From Rhodobacterales bacterium (GTDB lineage Bacteria; Pseudomonadota; Alphaproteobacteria; Rhodobacterales; Rhodobacteraceae): 50,674 bases of DNA. Shown piece after piece: positions 40,161 to 50,674 of this stretch; the first letter of the stretch is position 1; each line of letters begins with the position of its first letter. The position numbers and the translations under genes were made by a program. The notes below the pieces were generated by a model. It ran no database searches. It had not been told where the DNA came from and was given only the letters and a program-made list of their open reading frames with translations. The stretch covers positions 1 through 50,674 of the forward strand of contig JBBQDX010000001.1 in NCBI GenBank assembly GCA_038320125.1, given 5' to 3'.

Positions 40161-40811
40161 ATGAACCTGGCCTTTCCGCTTGCCGACGATCCGACCCCCG
40201 AGGAGGAGGAGGCCGGTCGCCGCCTCTTTGCCACCGGGGGGGAGTTTCTCAAGGGCGTCGTCGCGATGTCCGGCATGCCGCCCGCCGACCGGCTGGAGGT
40301 CTGCTTTGCGGGCCGCTCCAACGTCGGCAAGTCGAGCCTGATCAACGCGCTGACGGGGCGCAAGGCGCTGGCGCGGGCGTCGAACACGCCGGGACGGACG
40401 CAGGAGATCAACTTCTTCACCCTGACCGGCAGCCATTACCTCGTGGACCTGCCGGGCTACGGTTTCGCCAATGCGCCGGTGGCCGTTGTCGCCAAGTGGC
40501 AGGCGCTGCTCAAGGCCTACCTCGCCGGACGCCCGTCGCTCCGCCGCGCCTTCGTGCTGATCGACGCGCGCCACGGCGTGAAGGCCGTGGACGAGGAGAT
40601 CATGACGCTGCTCGACCGCTCCGCCGTGCCGTTCCAGACCGTCCTGACCAAGGCCGACAAGGTGAAGGACGCGGAGCGGGAGGCCGCCCTCGACCAGACG
40701 CGCGCGGCGCTGGCGAAACATCCGGCTGCCTTTCCGGAACTGATCGTGACAAGCTCGGAGAAGGGCTGGGGCATTCCCACGCTCCGCGCCGCCATCGCCA
40801 CGATGGAGTGA
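40161..40811 (+). CDS. engB: Ribosome biogenesis GTPase YihA/EngB
   Basis: GRSNVGKSS, TPGRTQ, DLPGYG, TKADK. Confidence 0.96.
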   Translation: MNLAFPLADDPTPEEEEAGRRLFATGGEFLKGVVAMSGMPPADRLEVCFAGRSNVGKSSLINALTGRKALARASNTPGRTQEINFFTLTGSHYLVDLPGYGFANAPVAVVAKWQALLKAYLAGRPSLRRAFVLIDARHGVKAVDEEIMTLLDRSAVPFQTVLTKADKVKDAEREAALDQTRAALAKHPAAFPELIVTSSEKGWGIPTLRAAIATME

Positions 40812-40814
40812 GAC

Positions 40815-41684
40815 ATGCAGAGACAGGACGCCATGACCGCCCGCGACAATGCCTCCATCGCCCGCACCCTGAACGAGGCCCTGCCCTTCCTGACCCGCTA
40901 TGACGACGCCATCGTCGTCATCAAGCTCGGCGGTCACGCCATGGGCAGCGACGAGGGGATGGCCAGTTTCGCGCGCGATGTCGTGCTGATGCGCACGGTC
41001 GGCATCAACCCGGTCATCGTCCACGGCGGCGGCCCGATGATCAACGAGATGCTGGCCCGCCTCGGCGTCACCTCGACATTCGTGCGCGGCAAGCGGGTCA
41101 CCGACGCGCAGACGCTGCAGGTGGTCGAGATGGTGCTCGCGGGCGAGATCAACAAGCGCATCGTGCAGGCGATCAACACCGCCGGCGGCCGCGCCGTGGG
41201 CCTGACCGGCAAGGATGCCGACATGATCACCTGCGTGCAGACCGATCCGGAGCTCGGCTTCGTCGGCACGCCCTCCGAGGTCGACGCGCGGCTGCTGCAT
41301 TCGCTCTTCCGTGACGAGATGATCCCGGTGATCGCCCCCATCGGCACCGGTGCCGACGACGAGACGTTCAATATCAACGGCGACACCTGCGCCGGAGCGA
41401 TCGCATCGGCGCTCAAGGCGGATCGCCTCCTGCTGCTGACCGACGTGGCCGGTGTGAAGGACGCAAGCGGCGCGGTCCTGACCGCGCTGACGGCGGCACA
41501 GGTGCGGTCGATGACCGATGACGGGACCATCGCGGGCGGCATGATCCCGAAGACCGAAACCGCGCTCGAGGCGCTGGAGACCGGGACGCGCGCCGTCGTC
41601 ATTCTCGACGGCCGGGTGGCGAACGCCGTGCTGCTGGAGCTGTTCACCAGCCACGGCGCCGGGAGCATGATCCGGCTGGAATAG
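40815..41684 (+). CDS. argB: Acetylglutamate kinase
   Basis: [39 protein letters not shown]. Confidence 0.97.
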   Translation: MQRQDAMTARDNASIARTLNEALPFLTRYDDAIVVIKLGGHAMGSDEGMASFARDVVLMRTVGINPVIVHGGGPMINEMLARLGVTSTFVRGKRVTDAQTLQVVEMVLAGEINKRIVQAINTAGGRAVGLTGKDADMITCVQTDPELGFVGTPSEVDARLLHSLFRDEMIPVIAPIGTGADDETFNINGDTCAGAIASALKADRLLLLTDVAGVKDASGAVLTALTAAQVRSMTDDGTIAGGMIPKTETALEALETGTRAVVILDGRVANAVLLELFTSHGAGSMIRLE

Positions 41685-41716
41685 GCGTCCTGCCCTCCGG
41701 CGGGATCGCCTGGTTC

Positions 41717-42913
41717 TCAGGTCACGGCCTTGCGGGCGCGGAACCGGTCCGCGTCCCATTCGGCGGTGTCGAGCACCTTCGCCAGATGGGCCACGGCGGC
41801 ATCGACCTCCGCCTCGCCGAGAAACAGCGGCGTGAAGCCGAACCGCAGGATGTCGGGCGCGCGGAAGTCGCCGATCACCCCGCGCGCGATCAGCGCCTGC
41901 ATTACCGCGTAGCCTTCAGGATGGCGGAAGCTGACCTGACTGCCGCGCGGCACGTCTCTGGCCAGCGCGGGGGTCAGGGTGGGGCAGCAGAGAGCGACGC
42001 CCGCCGCGAACCGATCCGACAGCTCCAGCGACCGGGCGCGCAGGGCCGCCATGTCGACGTCGTCCCAGACGTCGAGCGCGGCCTCCAGCGCCGCGAGCTG
42101 CAGCACCGCCGGCGTCCCGACGCGCATCCGCTCGATGCCGCCGCCGGGGCGGTAGGACGGGTCGAAAGCGAAGGGAGCCGCGTGGCCGAGCCAGCCCGAG
42201 AGCGCCGGATCCACCGCCTCCTGCAGGTCGGGGCGGACATAGATGAAGGCGGGCGAGCCCGGGCCCGCGTTCAGGTATTTGTAGGTGCAGCCGACCGCGA
42301 AATCGGCGTTGGCGGCTGTCAGGTCCACCCCGTGGGCGCCCGCTGAATGCGCCAGGTCCCACAGGGTGAGCGCGCCCGCCGCCTGGGCCCGCGCGGTCAG
42401 ATCAGCCATGTCGTGCATCCGCCCGGTGCGGTAATCGACCTGCGTCAGCATCATCACGGCCAGGTCGGCATCGATGGCAGCAGCGATCCCCCCCGGCTCC
42501 ACGACGCGCAGTTCCAGATCGCCGCCGCGCGCGCCGATCAGCCCCTCGGCCATGTAGAGGTCGGTCGGGAAATTGCCGGTATCCGACAGGATCACCCGCC
42601 GGCCGGGTCGCATCTTCAGCGCCGCATCGAGCGCCTGGAACACCTTGATGGAGAGCGTGTCGCCGACGACGACCGACCCCCCGGGCGCGCCGATCAGGCG
42701 TCCGATCCGGTCGCCCAGTCGCCCGGGCCAGCCCATCCAGCCGTCGCCGGCCGCGCCCTCGTTCCAGCCGCGGACGAGAAGCGAGGCCCAGTCGTCCATC
42801 GTCCGCTGCACCCGCTCGGGCGCCGCCACGGGCATCGGCCCCAGCGAATTGCCGTCTAGGTAGAGCACGCCCTCGGGCAGGTGAAACCGCCCGCGCATCG
42901 CATTCCAGTCCAT
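41717..42913 (-). CDS. kynU: Kynureninase
   Basis: YLDGNSLG, FPTDLY, WDLAHSAG, GCTYKYLNAGPG, GDFRAPD.LRFG. Confidence 0.95.
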   Translation of the reverse strand: MDWNAMRGRFHLPEGVLYLDGNSLGPMPVAAPERVQRTMDDWASLLVRGWNEGAAGDGWMGWPGRLGDRIGRLIGAPGGSVVVGDTLSIKVFQALDAALKMRPGRRVILSDTGNFPTDLYMAEGLIGARGGDLELRVVEPGGIAAAIDADLAVMMLTQVDYRTGRMHDMADLTARAQAAGALTLWDLAHSAGAHGVDLTAANADFAVGCTYKYLNAGPGSPAFIYVRPDLQEAVDPALSGWLGHAAPFAFDPSYRPGGGIERMRVGTPAVLQLAALEAALDVWDDVDMAALRARSLELSDRFAAGVALCCPTLTPALARDVPRGSQVSFRHPEGYAVMQALIARGVIGDFRAPDILRFGFTPLFLGEAEVDAAVAHLAKVLDTAEWDADRFRARKAVT

Positions 42914-43662
42914 CAGATTTCCCCTCCCGAGATTTGCAGCGCCTGCCCGTGCACGCTTCGCGCCCCGTCGCCGCAAAGCCACAGCGCGAGCGAGGCGACC
43001 TCGTCGGGCTCGATCAGGCGGCTGTGCGGATTGGCGGAGACGATCGCCCTCTGCGCCTGTTCTTCCGTCAGACCCCGGTCGCGCAGGCGGGAAAGATTGG
43101 ACGAGACGATGTCCGTATCGACGTAAGCCGGGCAGATCGCGTTGATCGTCAGCGACTTTCCGACAAAATCCGCAGCCAGGCCACGCATCAGACCGACTGT
43201 GCCGTGCTTTGACGCGGTATAGGCGGAGGCTCCTCTCAGCCCCTTGAGACCGGCCATGGACGAGATCGCGATGGCGCGGCCCCACCCTTCCGAAAGCATG
43301 TCGGGGATGCAGGCGCGAAACGTGTGGAAGGTGCCGTCGAGGTTGGTCGCCATCACCTGCCGCCAGAAGGTCGCGTCGGTGTCGCGGAGGTTGCGGCCCT
43401 CGGCGATCCCCGCGTTGGCGATGCAGATGTGGACCGGTCCGTGTCTGCGCCGGGCGACCGCGACTCCCTCCTCGACCGACGCCTCGTCGGCCACGTCCAT
43501 CGCCACGGCGTTCGCCCCCGCGACCTCCGCCAGCACCTCGGCCCGCCGCCCGGTCACCGTCACCGAAGCCCCCGCCGCCAGCAGGGTCTCCGCGATGGCG
43601 CGGCCGATACCGGTTCCGCCGCCGGTGACGAGCGCGTGACGCCCCGCCAGTTCGTGATGCAT
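42913..43662 (-). CDS. SDR family NAD(P)-dependent oxidoreductase
   Basis: TGGGTGIG, NAG, YTASK, NAICPAYVDT. Confidence 0.92.
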   Translation of the reverse strand: MHHELAGRHALVTGGGTGIGRAIAETLLAAGASVTVTGRRAEVLAEVAGANAVAMDVADEASVEEGVAVARRRHGPVHICIANAGIAEGRNLRDTDATFWRQVMATNLDGTFHTFRACIPDMLSEGWGRAIAISSMAGLKGLRGASAYTASKHGTVGLMRGLAADFVGKSLTINAICPAYVDTDIVSSNLSRLRDRGLTEEQAQRAIVSANPHSRLIEPDEVASLALWLCGDGARSVHGQALQISGGEI

Positions 43663-43770
43663 CGCGGCTTCCTTCGCGCAATAATCTTTCGTTACGGACC
43701 GACTTGCATTGAGCGTCGAACCCGCCACAGGTATGGGTCGACACCGCTACCTGCCCCCGGAGACAATGCA

Positions 43771-45345
43771 ATGAAGATCGGCGCACCGAAAGAGGTCCAT
43801 GACGGCGAGGCCCGCGTGGCGATCACCCCCGAAAGTGCGGGGCATATCCGGAAGCTCGGCCACGAGGTCTATATCGAGGCGGGCGCGGGGCTTGGCGCGG
43901 GGTTCACCGACGAGGCTTACCGCGCGGCGGGCGTCGAGGTGATGCAGACCGCGCCCGCCCTCTTCGAGATGGTCGACGTCGTCGCCAAGGTCCGTCCGCC
44001 CACCGAGGAGGAAGCCGGGCGCCTGACCCGGGGGCAGACGCTGATCTCGTTCCTCTACCCCTCGTCGAACGAGGCGCTGATGGCGACGATGAAGGACCGG
44101 GGCGCCACCGCCATCGCCATGGACATGGTCCCGCGAATCTCCCGGGCGCAGAAGATGGACGCGCTGAGCTCGATGGCGAACATCGCGGGCTACCGCGCGG
44201 TGATCGAGGCGGGCGGCAACTTCGGGCGCTTCTTCACGGGACAGGTCACGGCGGCAGGCAAGGTGCCGCCCGCCAAGGTGCTGGTGATCGGCGCGGGCGT
44301 GGCGGGGCTGGCCGCGATCGGCACCTCGACGTCGCTTGGGGCCATCACCTATGCCTTCGACGTGCGCCCCGAGGTGGCCGAGCAGATCGAGTCGATGGGA
44401 GCCGAGTTCGTCTTCCTCGAGTTCGAGGACAGCGAATTGCCCGATGGTGCTGCGACCGGCGGCTATGCTCCGCCGTCGAGCCCGGAGTTCCAGGCCAAGC
44501 AGCTCGCCAAGTTCCGCGAGATCGCGCCCGACATCGACATCGTCATCTGCACCGCTCTTATCCCGAACCGCGCCGCGCCCGTCCTCTGGACGAAGGACAT
44601 GGTAGAGGCGATGAAGCCCGGCTCCGTCATCGTCGACCTGGCTGCCGAGCGGGGCGGCAACTGCGAGCTGACGGTCGTGGACGAGAAGATCGTCAGCGAG
44701 AACGGCGTCACCATCATTGGCTACACCGACTTTCCGAGCCGGATGTCGACGCAGGCCAGCACGCTCTATGGCAACAACGTCCGGCACATGCTGGCGGACC
44801 TCACGCCGGCCAAGGACGGCGCGATCGTGCAGAACATGGACGACGACGTCATCCGCGGGGCGACCGTCACCCACGAGGGCGAGATCACCTGGCCGCCCCC
44901 GCCACCCAGGGTTCCGGCCATCGCCGCGAAGCCCAAGGAGAAGCTGATCGTCCCCACGGCGGAGGAAAAGCGCGCCACCGAAGTCGCCGCCTTCCGGACG
45001 CAGACCCGCAACCAGGTCGGCCTGCTGGTCGTCGGCGGGGCGCTGCTGCTACTCGTCGGGCTCTATGCCCCCGCGAGCTTCATGCAGCATTTCATCGTCT
45101 TCGTGCTGTCGGTCTTCATCGGTTTCCAGGTCATCTGGGGCGTGGCCCATTCGCTGCACACGCCGCTGATGGCCGTTACCAACGCGATCTCCTCGATCAT
45201 CATCCTCGGCGCGCTGGTGCAGATCGGATCCGGGTCGTGGCTCGTCATCCTGCTGGCAGCGCTCTCCGTCTTCATGGCCGGGATCAACATCTTCGGCGGC
45301 TTCCTCGTGACACGGCGCATGCTCGCCATGTTCCAGAAATCCTGA
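43771..45345 (+). CDS. pntA: NAD(P) transhydrogenase alpha subunit
   Basis: [40 protein letters not shown]. Confidence 0.97.
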   Translation: MKIGAPKEVHDGEARVAITPESAGHIRKLGHEVYIEAGAGLGAGFTDEAYRAAGVEVMQTAPALFEMVDVVAKVRPPTEEEAGRLTRGQTLISFLYPSSNEALMATMKDRGATAIAMDMVPRISRAQKMDALSSMANIAGYRAVIEAGGNFGRFFTGQVTAAGKVPPAKVLVIGAGVAGLAAIGTSTSLGAITYAFDVRPEVAEQIESMGAEFVFLEFEDSELPDGAATGGYAPPSSPEFQAKQLAKFREIAPDIDIVICTALIPNRAAPVLWTKDMVEAMKPGSVIVDLAAERGGNCELTVVDEKIVSENGVTIIGYTDFPSRMSTQASTLYGNNVRHMLADLTPAKDGAIVQNMDDDVIRGATVTHEGEITWPPPPPRVPAIAAKPKEKLIVPTAEEKRATEVAAFRTQTRNQVGLLVVGGALLLLVGLYAPASFMQHFIVFVLSVFIGFQVIWGVAHSLHTPLMAVTNAISSIIILGALVQIGSGSWLVILLAALSVFMAGINIFGGFLVTRRMLAMFQKS

Positions 45346-45358
45346 AGGGGAACCGGTC

Positions 45359-46798
45359 ATGGACTACGGATTCACCACCGCGGCCTACGTCGTCGCCGCC
45401 GTCCTCTTCATCCTGTCGCTTGGCGGCCTCTCGGGACAGGAGAGCGCCAAGCGCGCCGTCTGGTTCGGCATCGCCGGCATGGGCCTTGCGGTTTTCGCCA
45501 CCCTCATCGGGCCGGGCGCAGGGCTCTGGCCGCTGTCGGTGATCCTGATCGCGCTCGGCGGCATCATCGGCTACCAGCTCGCCACGAAGGTGCAGATGAC
45601 GCAGATGCCGGAGCTGGTCGCGGCGATGCATTCGCTCGTCGGCCTCGCCGCCGTCTTTGTCGGCTACATCGCCCATTTCGAGATCGGGCGGGTGGCGGCC
45701 GAAGTTGTCGCCGGGACCGACCCCGAGACCTTCGGCACTTTCGCCGCCCTCATCGCGCACAAGACGCCGGTCGAGATCAACATCCTGCGGGTGGAACTCT
45801 TCCTCGGCGTCTTCATCGGGGCCGTCACCTTCACCGGCTCCGTCATCGCCTACGGCAAGCTGGCGGGCCGGGTGGATTCGGCGGCCAAGAAGCTGCCCGG
45901 CGGTCATCTCCTGAACGCCACCGCCGCCGCCGTCTCGATCCTGTCGCTGATCTGGTACTTCAACACCGGCGGTTTCCTCCCGCTCTTCGTGATGACGCTG
46001 GCCGCGCTCTTCATCGGCTACCACCTCATCACCGGCATCGGCGGCGCCGACATGCCCGTCGTCGTGTCGATGCTCAACAGCTACTCGGGCTGGGCGGCGG
46101 CGGCGATCGGCTTCTCGCTGGGCAACGACCTGCTGATCGTGGTCGGCGCGCTCGTGGGCTCCTCGGGCGCAATCCTCAGTTACATCATGTGCAAGGCCAT
46201 GAACCGCAGCTTCGTGTCGGTCATTCTCGGCGGCTTCGGCGGCCCGGCGGGGGAGCAGATGGCGGTGGAGGGCGAGCAGGTCGCCATCGACGCCGACGGC
46301 GTGGCGACGGCGCTCAACGAAGCCGATTCGGTGGTCATCATCCCCGGCTACGGCATGGCCGTGGCGCAGGCGCAGGGGGCCGTCGCCGATCTCACGCGTA
46401 AATTGCGGGCCAGGGGCAAGACCGTGCGCTTCGCCATCCACCCGGTCGCGGGCCGCCTGCCCGGCCATATGAACGTGCTGCTGGCGGAGGCAAAAGTACC
46501 CTACGACATCGTTCTGGAGATGGACGAGATCAACGACGATTTCCCGAAGACCGATGTCGCCATCGTCATCGGCTCCAACGATATCGTCAATCCGGCGGCG
46601 CAGGACGACCCGAACTCCCCCATCGCGGGCATGCCGGTGCTGGAAGTCTGGAAGGCCAAGCAGATCTTCGTCAGCAAGCGCGGTCAGGGAACGGGGTATT
46701 CGGGCATCGAGAACCCGCTTTTCTACAAGGAGAACACGCGGATGTTCTACGGCGACGCCAAAGCCTCGCTCGACGCGCTGTTGCCCAAGATCGAGTGA
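45359..46798 (+). CDS. pntB: NAD(P) transhydrogenase beta subunit
   Basis: [44 protein letters not shown]. Confidence 0.97.
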   Translation: MDYGFTTAAYVVAAVLFILSLGGLSGQESAKRAVWFGIAGMGLAVFATLIGPGAGLWPLSVILIALGGIIGYQLATKVQMTQMPELVAAMHSLVGLAAVFVGYIAHFEIGRVAAEVVAGTDPETFGTFAALIAHKTPVEINILRVELFLGVFIGAVTFTGSVIAYGKLAGRVDSAAKKLPGGHLLNATAAAVSILSLIWYFNTGGFLPLFVMTLAALFIGYHLITGIGGADMPVVVSMLNSYSGWAAAAIGFSLGNDLLIVVGALVGSSGAILSYIMCKAMNRSFVSVILGGFGGPAGEQMAVEGEQVAIDADGVATALNEADSVVIIPGYGMAVAQAQGAVADLTRKLRARGKTVRFAIHPVAGRLPGHMNVLLAEAKVPYDIVLEMDEINDDFPKTDVAIVIGSNDIVNPAAQDDPNSPIAGMPVLEVWKAKQIFVSKRGQGTGYSGIENPLFYKENTRMFYGDAKASLDALLPKIE

Positions 46799-47574
46799 GC
46801 CGACCCGAATCGATCGGGAAAGCGATCACCGCCTCGACTCCGTCTGCTGCAATGGATTCGGGGGCCGGTGCCGCCTGTCCGAATGACGGCTTCCAAGCCG
46901 GCCGGAAGATCGTCGGGAAGTTGCAATCCAGCCGCACATGCGGAACGCGCGTCGCATCTGAGAACGGAGCCCTCCGCCGTCGGGCCGACGGTGGTCCGAA
47001 TGGCGCTGGCGACCTGTCGCGGGGAAACGGTCGTCCTGCGAAATGCGGCGGAGCCCGACGTGCCATCATGCGATTGATGGCTCCGGTGAGGGTCTTCAAA
47101 AAGCAGGCGGGGTCCTGTCGTGTGTAGTCCGCATCATGACCGCCACAGAAGTTTTATCGCTGCGACGGTTACGGCCAGCGGCGATGGCGGCATCGACAGG
47201 CGGCAAGGCGAAGACGCGGGAAGCCTTGAGCCATGTATGACGCTCGCCTGAGACTGTCGGACAATATCAGCGGAATGCTTGGGTCAGGTCTCCATTTCGC
47301 CTTGGTGGCCGATTTCCTCCACCCGATCGCCGCCGCGTAGAAATAGTCGAAACCTCCGAGCACCAAGATCAACGACATCGTTCTGGCGGCTGCTACCGGG
47401 GTTGGGGCCCCACTTTTGACCGGCCAATCGGAGACACGGCCTCTGGGGAGGCGATCCGACCCGCCGAGGGTCGGACCCGAATCCTCCGATCCGAGCCTGC
47501 ACGCCGCACCTCAGTCGATACAGGCACGTCATCGCCAGAAGCTTACCTTGCGGGAACTCGCCCCAAAGACGCGA

Positions 47575-47606
47575 ACGCCCCGGCCCTTTTGACGGGACCG
47601 GGGCGT
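47575..47606. terminator. Stem-loop in the spacer between convergent pntB and the sugar isomerase gene
   Basis: ACGCCCCGG..CCGGGGCGT stem with inner CCC/GGG; no clear U-tract. Confidence 0.35.
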
Positions 47607-47836
47607 CGCTCTTACGACCGCCTCCCGCACCGCACAACCACCGGAAGACGACCGGAGCCCGGTGTCTGCTTCGCCGCCTTGTCCATACGTCGCGGCGCAT
47701 GGTCGGCTGCTGGAAATCGAGGAATGCAACAGGGTGCGACCCGTCGCGTCGTGCGGTTCACGATCTCAACCGAAAGGCGGGCGGAAGGTTCCGGCCCAAA
47801 TTGCCGCGAGGGTCGATTCCGGGGAGACCGGTCCGC

Positions 47837-48520
47837 TCAGAGGAACTGCGCATAATCGCGGGCAAGCAGGTGCAGCGGTGCCTCGTCTTCCTCGACCTCG
47901 GCGAAGCGGCCGATGGGGTCGCGGAACCAGTTGTCCTTCGCGTCGTCGTTCACGGTGCTTACCTCGCCGATCAGCACGTCGCCGCCCTCGCCCCAGAAGG
48001 CATGCCAATCCCCCGGCATCAGGGTCACGCTCTCGCCCGGCATCAGGAGCAACACCTCGCCCGGCGAGAAGGTGCGGCGGATGCCGTCGCAGAAGACCGT
48101 CCCGCCGGACGTCGCGTCGAAGGCTCCGTCCGGCGCGGCCCCGAAGAGCTCGATGGCCAGTGCGGCGCCGCCGCGGTTGATGATGTCCTCTGCCTTGAGC
48201 CAATGCCTGTGCATCGGGCTGATCTGGTCACGCCGCGAGATCATGATTTTCTCGGCGTAGCACATGCCGGCGCCCCGCTCGAGGTCGACCCGCCGTCCAT
48301 TGCGGAGGGTGAAGAGAAGGAGGCCCAGCTTCGCGAAATCGCCCTGTCCGTAGTCGGTGATGTCCCAGCCGAGCCCCGCGCCGAGCAGAGGGCCGATGTC
48401 GGCCCTGCGCGCCGAGACCTCGGCCGGCGTCCAGCAGGCGAAGGGCGGGAGCCTGAACCCGAAGGAGCGGATGAAGGCTTCGCCCCGCGCCATTATGTCG
48501 TTGATCTCGGATCGTTTCAT
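47837..48520 (-). CDS. D-lyxose/D-mannose family sugar isomerase (cupin)
   Basis: MKRSEIN, LGWDITDYG, YAEK, PMHRHWLKAEDIINRGG, WHAFW, EVSTVNDD. Confidence 0.92.
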   Translation of the reverse strand: MKRSEINDIMARGEAFIRSFGFRLPPFACWTPAEVSARRADIGPLLGAGLGWDITDYGQGDFAKLGLLLFTLRNGRRVDLERGAGMCYAEKIMISRRDQISPMHRHWLKAEDIINRGGAALAIELFGAAPDGAFDATSGGTVFCDGIRRTFSPGEVLLLMPGESVTLMPGDWHAFWGEGGDVLIGEVSTVNDDAKDNWFRDPIGRFAEVEEDEAPLHLLARDYAQFL

Positions 48521-48579
48521 GGCCACCCCCTTCGGCAAACCATCCTGCCCCGCACGGGGGGATGCGTCCAGAGCAACCG

Positions 48580-49674
48580 TCAGTCGACGGTGATGACGCC
48601 CCGCGCGACCTGATCGGCCTCGATCGATTCGAACAGCGCCTTGAAATTGCCTTCGCCGAAGCCGTCGTCACCCTTGCGCTGGATGAACTCGAAGAAGATC
48701 GGCCCGATGCAGGTCTTCGAGAAGATCTGCAGCAGGATGCGGGTCTCTCCGCCGCCCACGACACCTTCGCCGTCGATCAGGATGCCGAACTTCTCGAGCC
48801 GGTCCAGCGGCTCCTCATGATCCGTCACCCGATCGCGGCTGCCGTCGTAGTAGGCCTGCGGCGGCTTCGGCATGAAGGTCACGCCATTGGCGGCGATCGC
48901 GTCGACCGAACTGTAGATGTCCCTGGCCCCCACCGCGATGTGCTGAATGCCCTCGCCCCGGTAGCGCTTGAGATATTCTACGATCTGCCCGGTCTCGCCC
49001 CGGTCCTCGTTGATGGGAATGCGGATGCGGCCGCAGGGCGAGGTCAGCGCACGCGAGCGAAGCCCGGAATGCTTGCCCTCGATGTCGAAAAACCGGATCT
49101 CGCGGAAATCGAACAGGTCGCCGTAGAAGCGGAACCACTTGTCCATGTTCCCCTTCTCGACGTTGTGCGTGAGGTGGTCGAGGTAGTGCAAGCCCACGCC
49201 CTCGGGGTGCGCGCGTGCGACCCAGTCGAACTCGGCGTTGAAGGGCGAGGCATCGCGGTACTGGTCGATGAAGTAGATCAGTGAACCGCCGATGCCGACG
49301 ATCGCCGGCACTTCCATCGTCTTGCCGGGACCGTCGTAGAGCTCGGCCCCCTTCTCGACCGCGTGTCGGTAGGCGTGGCCTGCATCGGCGACGCGCCAAC
49401 CCATCGCGGGCGCGCAGGGGCCGTGCTCGGCGACGAAGGTCATCGCGTGACTGCCGGGCTCCGCGTCGATCAGGTAGCTGATGTCGCCCTGCTGCCAGAC
49501 CTCGACAGCCTTCGCCTTGTGCCGGGCGACGAGCGCATAGCCCTGGCGGGTGAAGACGTCGCGCAACGCCTGCGGGTCCTCGTGGGCAAAGGCGACGAAG
49601 GCGAACCCATCGGTTCCGGCGGGGTTGTCGTCGCTGATCTCGGCATAGGGGGCGTGGTGGGGGAACGGTCCCAT
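48580..49674 (-). CDS. hppD: 4-hydroxyphenylpyruvate dioxygenase
   Basis: DHLTHNV, IPINE, GEGIQHIA, FFEFIQRKGDDGFGEGNFKALFESIE. Confidence 0.97.
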   Translation of the reverse strand: MGPFPHHAPYAEISDDNPAGTDGFAFVAFAHEDPQALRDVFTRQGYALVARHKAKAVEVWQQGDISYLIDAEPGSHAMTFVAEHGPCAPAMGWRVADAGHAYRHAVEKGAELYDGPGKTMEVPAIVGIGGSLIYFIDQYRDASPFNAEFDWVARAHPEGVGLHYLDHLTHNVEKGNMDKWFRFYGDLFDFREIRFFDIEGKHSGLRSRALTSPCGRIRIPINEDRGETGQIVEYLKRYRGEGIQHIAVGARDIYSSVDAIAANGVTFMPKPPQAYYDGSRDRVTDHEEPLDRLEKFGILIDGEGVVGGGETRILLQIFSKTCIGPIFFEFIQRKGDDGFGEGNFKALFESIEADQVARGVITVD

Positions 49675-49813
49675 GGGCATCTCCTCTGGATTGCCGGAAC
49701 GATACTGCAACGGCGCGGAGAGGTATCCGCATTCTTGCCGCGAAACGGCTGGCCGGCTGCATGATTCACGCGCAGAATAGGCTTTCGATGCGCAAGGATG
49801 ACGGAGGCGCGCC

Positions 49814-50266
49814 TTGGACGATATGGACCGACGCCTCCTCGACCTGATCCAGCGCGACGGGACGCTCACTGCCGAGGCGCTCAGCCGGGCCCTGTCGCTG
49901 TCGGCGAGCCAAGCCGGGCGCAGGCGCGCGCGGCTGGAGGCGGAGGGCTACGTGCGGGCGACGGTGGCGCGCCTCGATCCTGCGAGGATCGGCCTCGACG
50001 TGCAGGCCTTCGTTCAGGTGCAGATGGCCAGCCATGCCCCCGCGCACGCGAAGGCGTTCCTGCAGATGCTCGAGGCCGAGCCCCGCGTCGCCTCCGTCTG
50101 GACGCTGACCGGCGAGGCGGACTACCTGCTGCGGGTCTGGTGCGCCGACCTCGCGGCGCTCAGCGACCTCGTGCACCGCGTGCTGCTGCCCCATGACGCG
50201 GTCGCGCGCGTGCAGAGCCAGATCGTCATGGACCAGCCCAAGCGCGACGGCCCCCTGCCCGTCTGA
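49814..50266 (+). CDS. Lrp/AsnC family regulator divergent from hppD
   Basis: LDDMDRRLL..LQ, HTH, TGEADYLL; GGAGG RBS before TTG. Confidence 0.92.
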   Translation: MDDMDRRLLDLIQRDGTLTAEALSRALSLSASQAGRRRARLEAEGYVRATVARLDPARIGLDVQAFVQVQMASHAPAHAKAFLQMLEAEPRVASVWTLTGEADYLLRVWCADLAALSDLVHRVLLPHDAVARVQSQIVMDQPKRDGPLPV

Positions 50267-50309
50267 AGCTGCGATGGACGCCTTCCCCGGCGTCGCCTAG
50301 AGCGGTTGC

Positions 50310-50674
50310 ATGGGAAACCTTCTCTTCCAGGCTGCGATCTATCTCGGGGCGGCGACGCTCTGCGTGCCGCTCGCGGTTCGGTTCGGGCTGGGCTCCGTGC
50401 TGGGATATCTCGTCGCGGGCATCCTGATCGGACCCGTGACGGGGCTGGTCGGCTCCGAGACCGAGGCCCTGCAGCATTTCGCCGAATTCGGCGTCGTCAT
50501 GATGCTTTTCGTCATCGGGCTGGAGCTGGAGCCGAAGGCGCTCTGGGAGATGCGTCGCCGCCTGGTGGGCCTCGGGCTCGGACAGGTCGTCCTGACCACG
50601 GCGGCGGTCGCGGCGGGCGCGATGGCTCTCGGGCAGACGCCGAACGTCTCCATCGCCATCGGCATGGTCTTCGC
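50310..50674 (+). CDS. KefB/KefC-like monovalent cation:proton antiporter (CPA2), truncated by window end
   Basis: Own translation: MGNLLFQAAIYLGAATLCVPLAVRFGLGSVLGYLVAGILIGP..HFAEFGVVMMLFVIGLELEP. Confidence 0.88.
   Translation, partial: MGNLLFQAAIYLGAATLCVPLAVRFGLGSVLGYLVAGILIGPVTGLVGSETEALQHFAEFGVVMMLFVIGLELEPKALWEMRRRLVGLGLGQVVLTTAAVAAGAMALGQTPNVSIAIGMVF

Noticed and set aside
41717-43786. 689-aa ORF suggesting an SDR-kynureninase fusion
   Set aside because: The SDR is in a different frame with its own stop; the extension is Arg/Gly-rich shadow translation.
47359-47405. STKINDIVLAAATG resembling a wax-ester-synthase motif
   Set aside because: Very short match preceded by in-frame stops, with no further similarity.
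1-50674. CRISPR array, prophage, defence island or biosynthetic gene cluster
   Set aside because: By eye I found no regularly spaced repeats, cas genes, integrase, phage structural genes or NRPS/PKS domains.

Overview
High-GC alphaproteobacterial chromosomal DNA; gene content and order point to Rhodobacteraceae/Roseobacter-group (inference). It is mostly housekeeping backbone: mcd; the rpoZ-rsh-DUF2062-pdxJ-acpS-lepB-rnc-era-DUF1491-recO run; folK/NYN; rnhA; ispH; three tandem peptide-deformylase paralogues with fmt; malY; prs; zur-znuABC; rpmH-rnpA-yidD-ttcA-yidC-yihA-argB; kynU; pntAB; and hppD with a divergent Lrp regulator. Features missing from the ORF track are tRNA-His, tRNA-Arg, a 6S RNA with its own promoter and terminator, the end of an IS481-family element at the left edge, and a partial CPA2 antiporter at the right edge. 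The most interesting signals are: (i) a deformylase trio (canonical, C-terminally truncated, and predicted catalytically dead but overlapping fmt); (ii) a 17-bp duplication of the tRNA-His 3' end enclosing a ~360-bp integrase-less scar; (iii) a putative LexA box beside the divergent mmcB/6S RNA promoters; and (iv) several eroded gene remnants. I see no CRISPR array, prophage or defence island, and I cannot claim a clearly novel multi-gene system. All family assignments come from motif recognition, not database searches.
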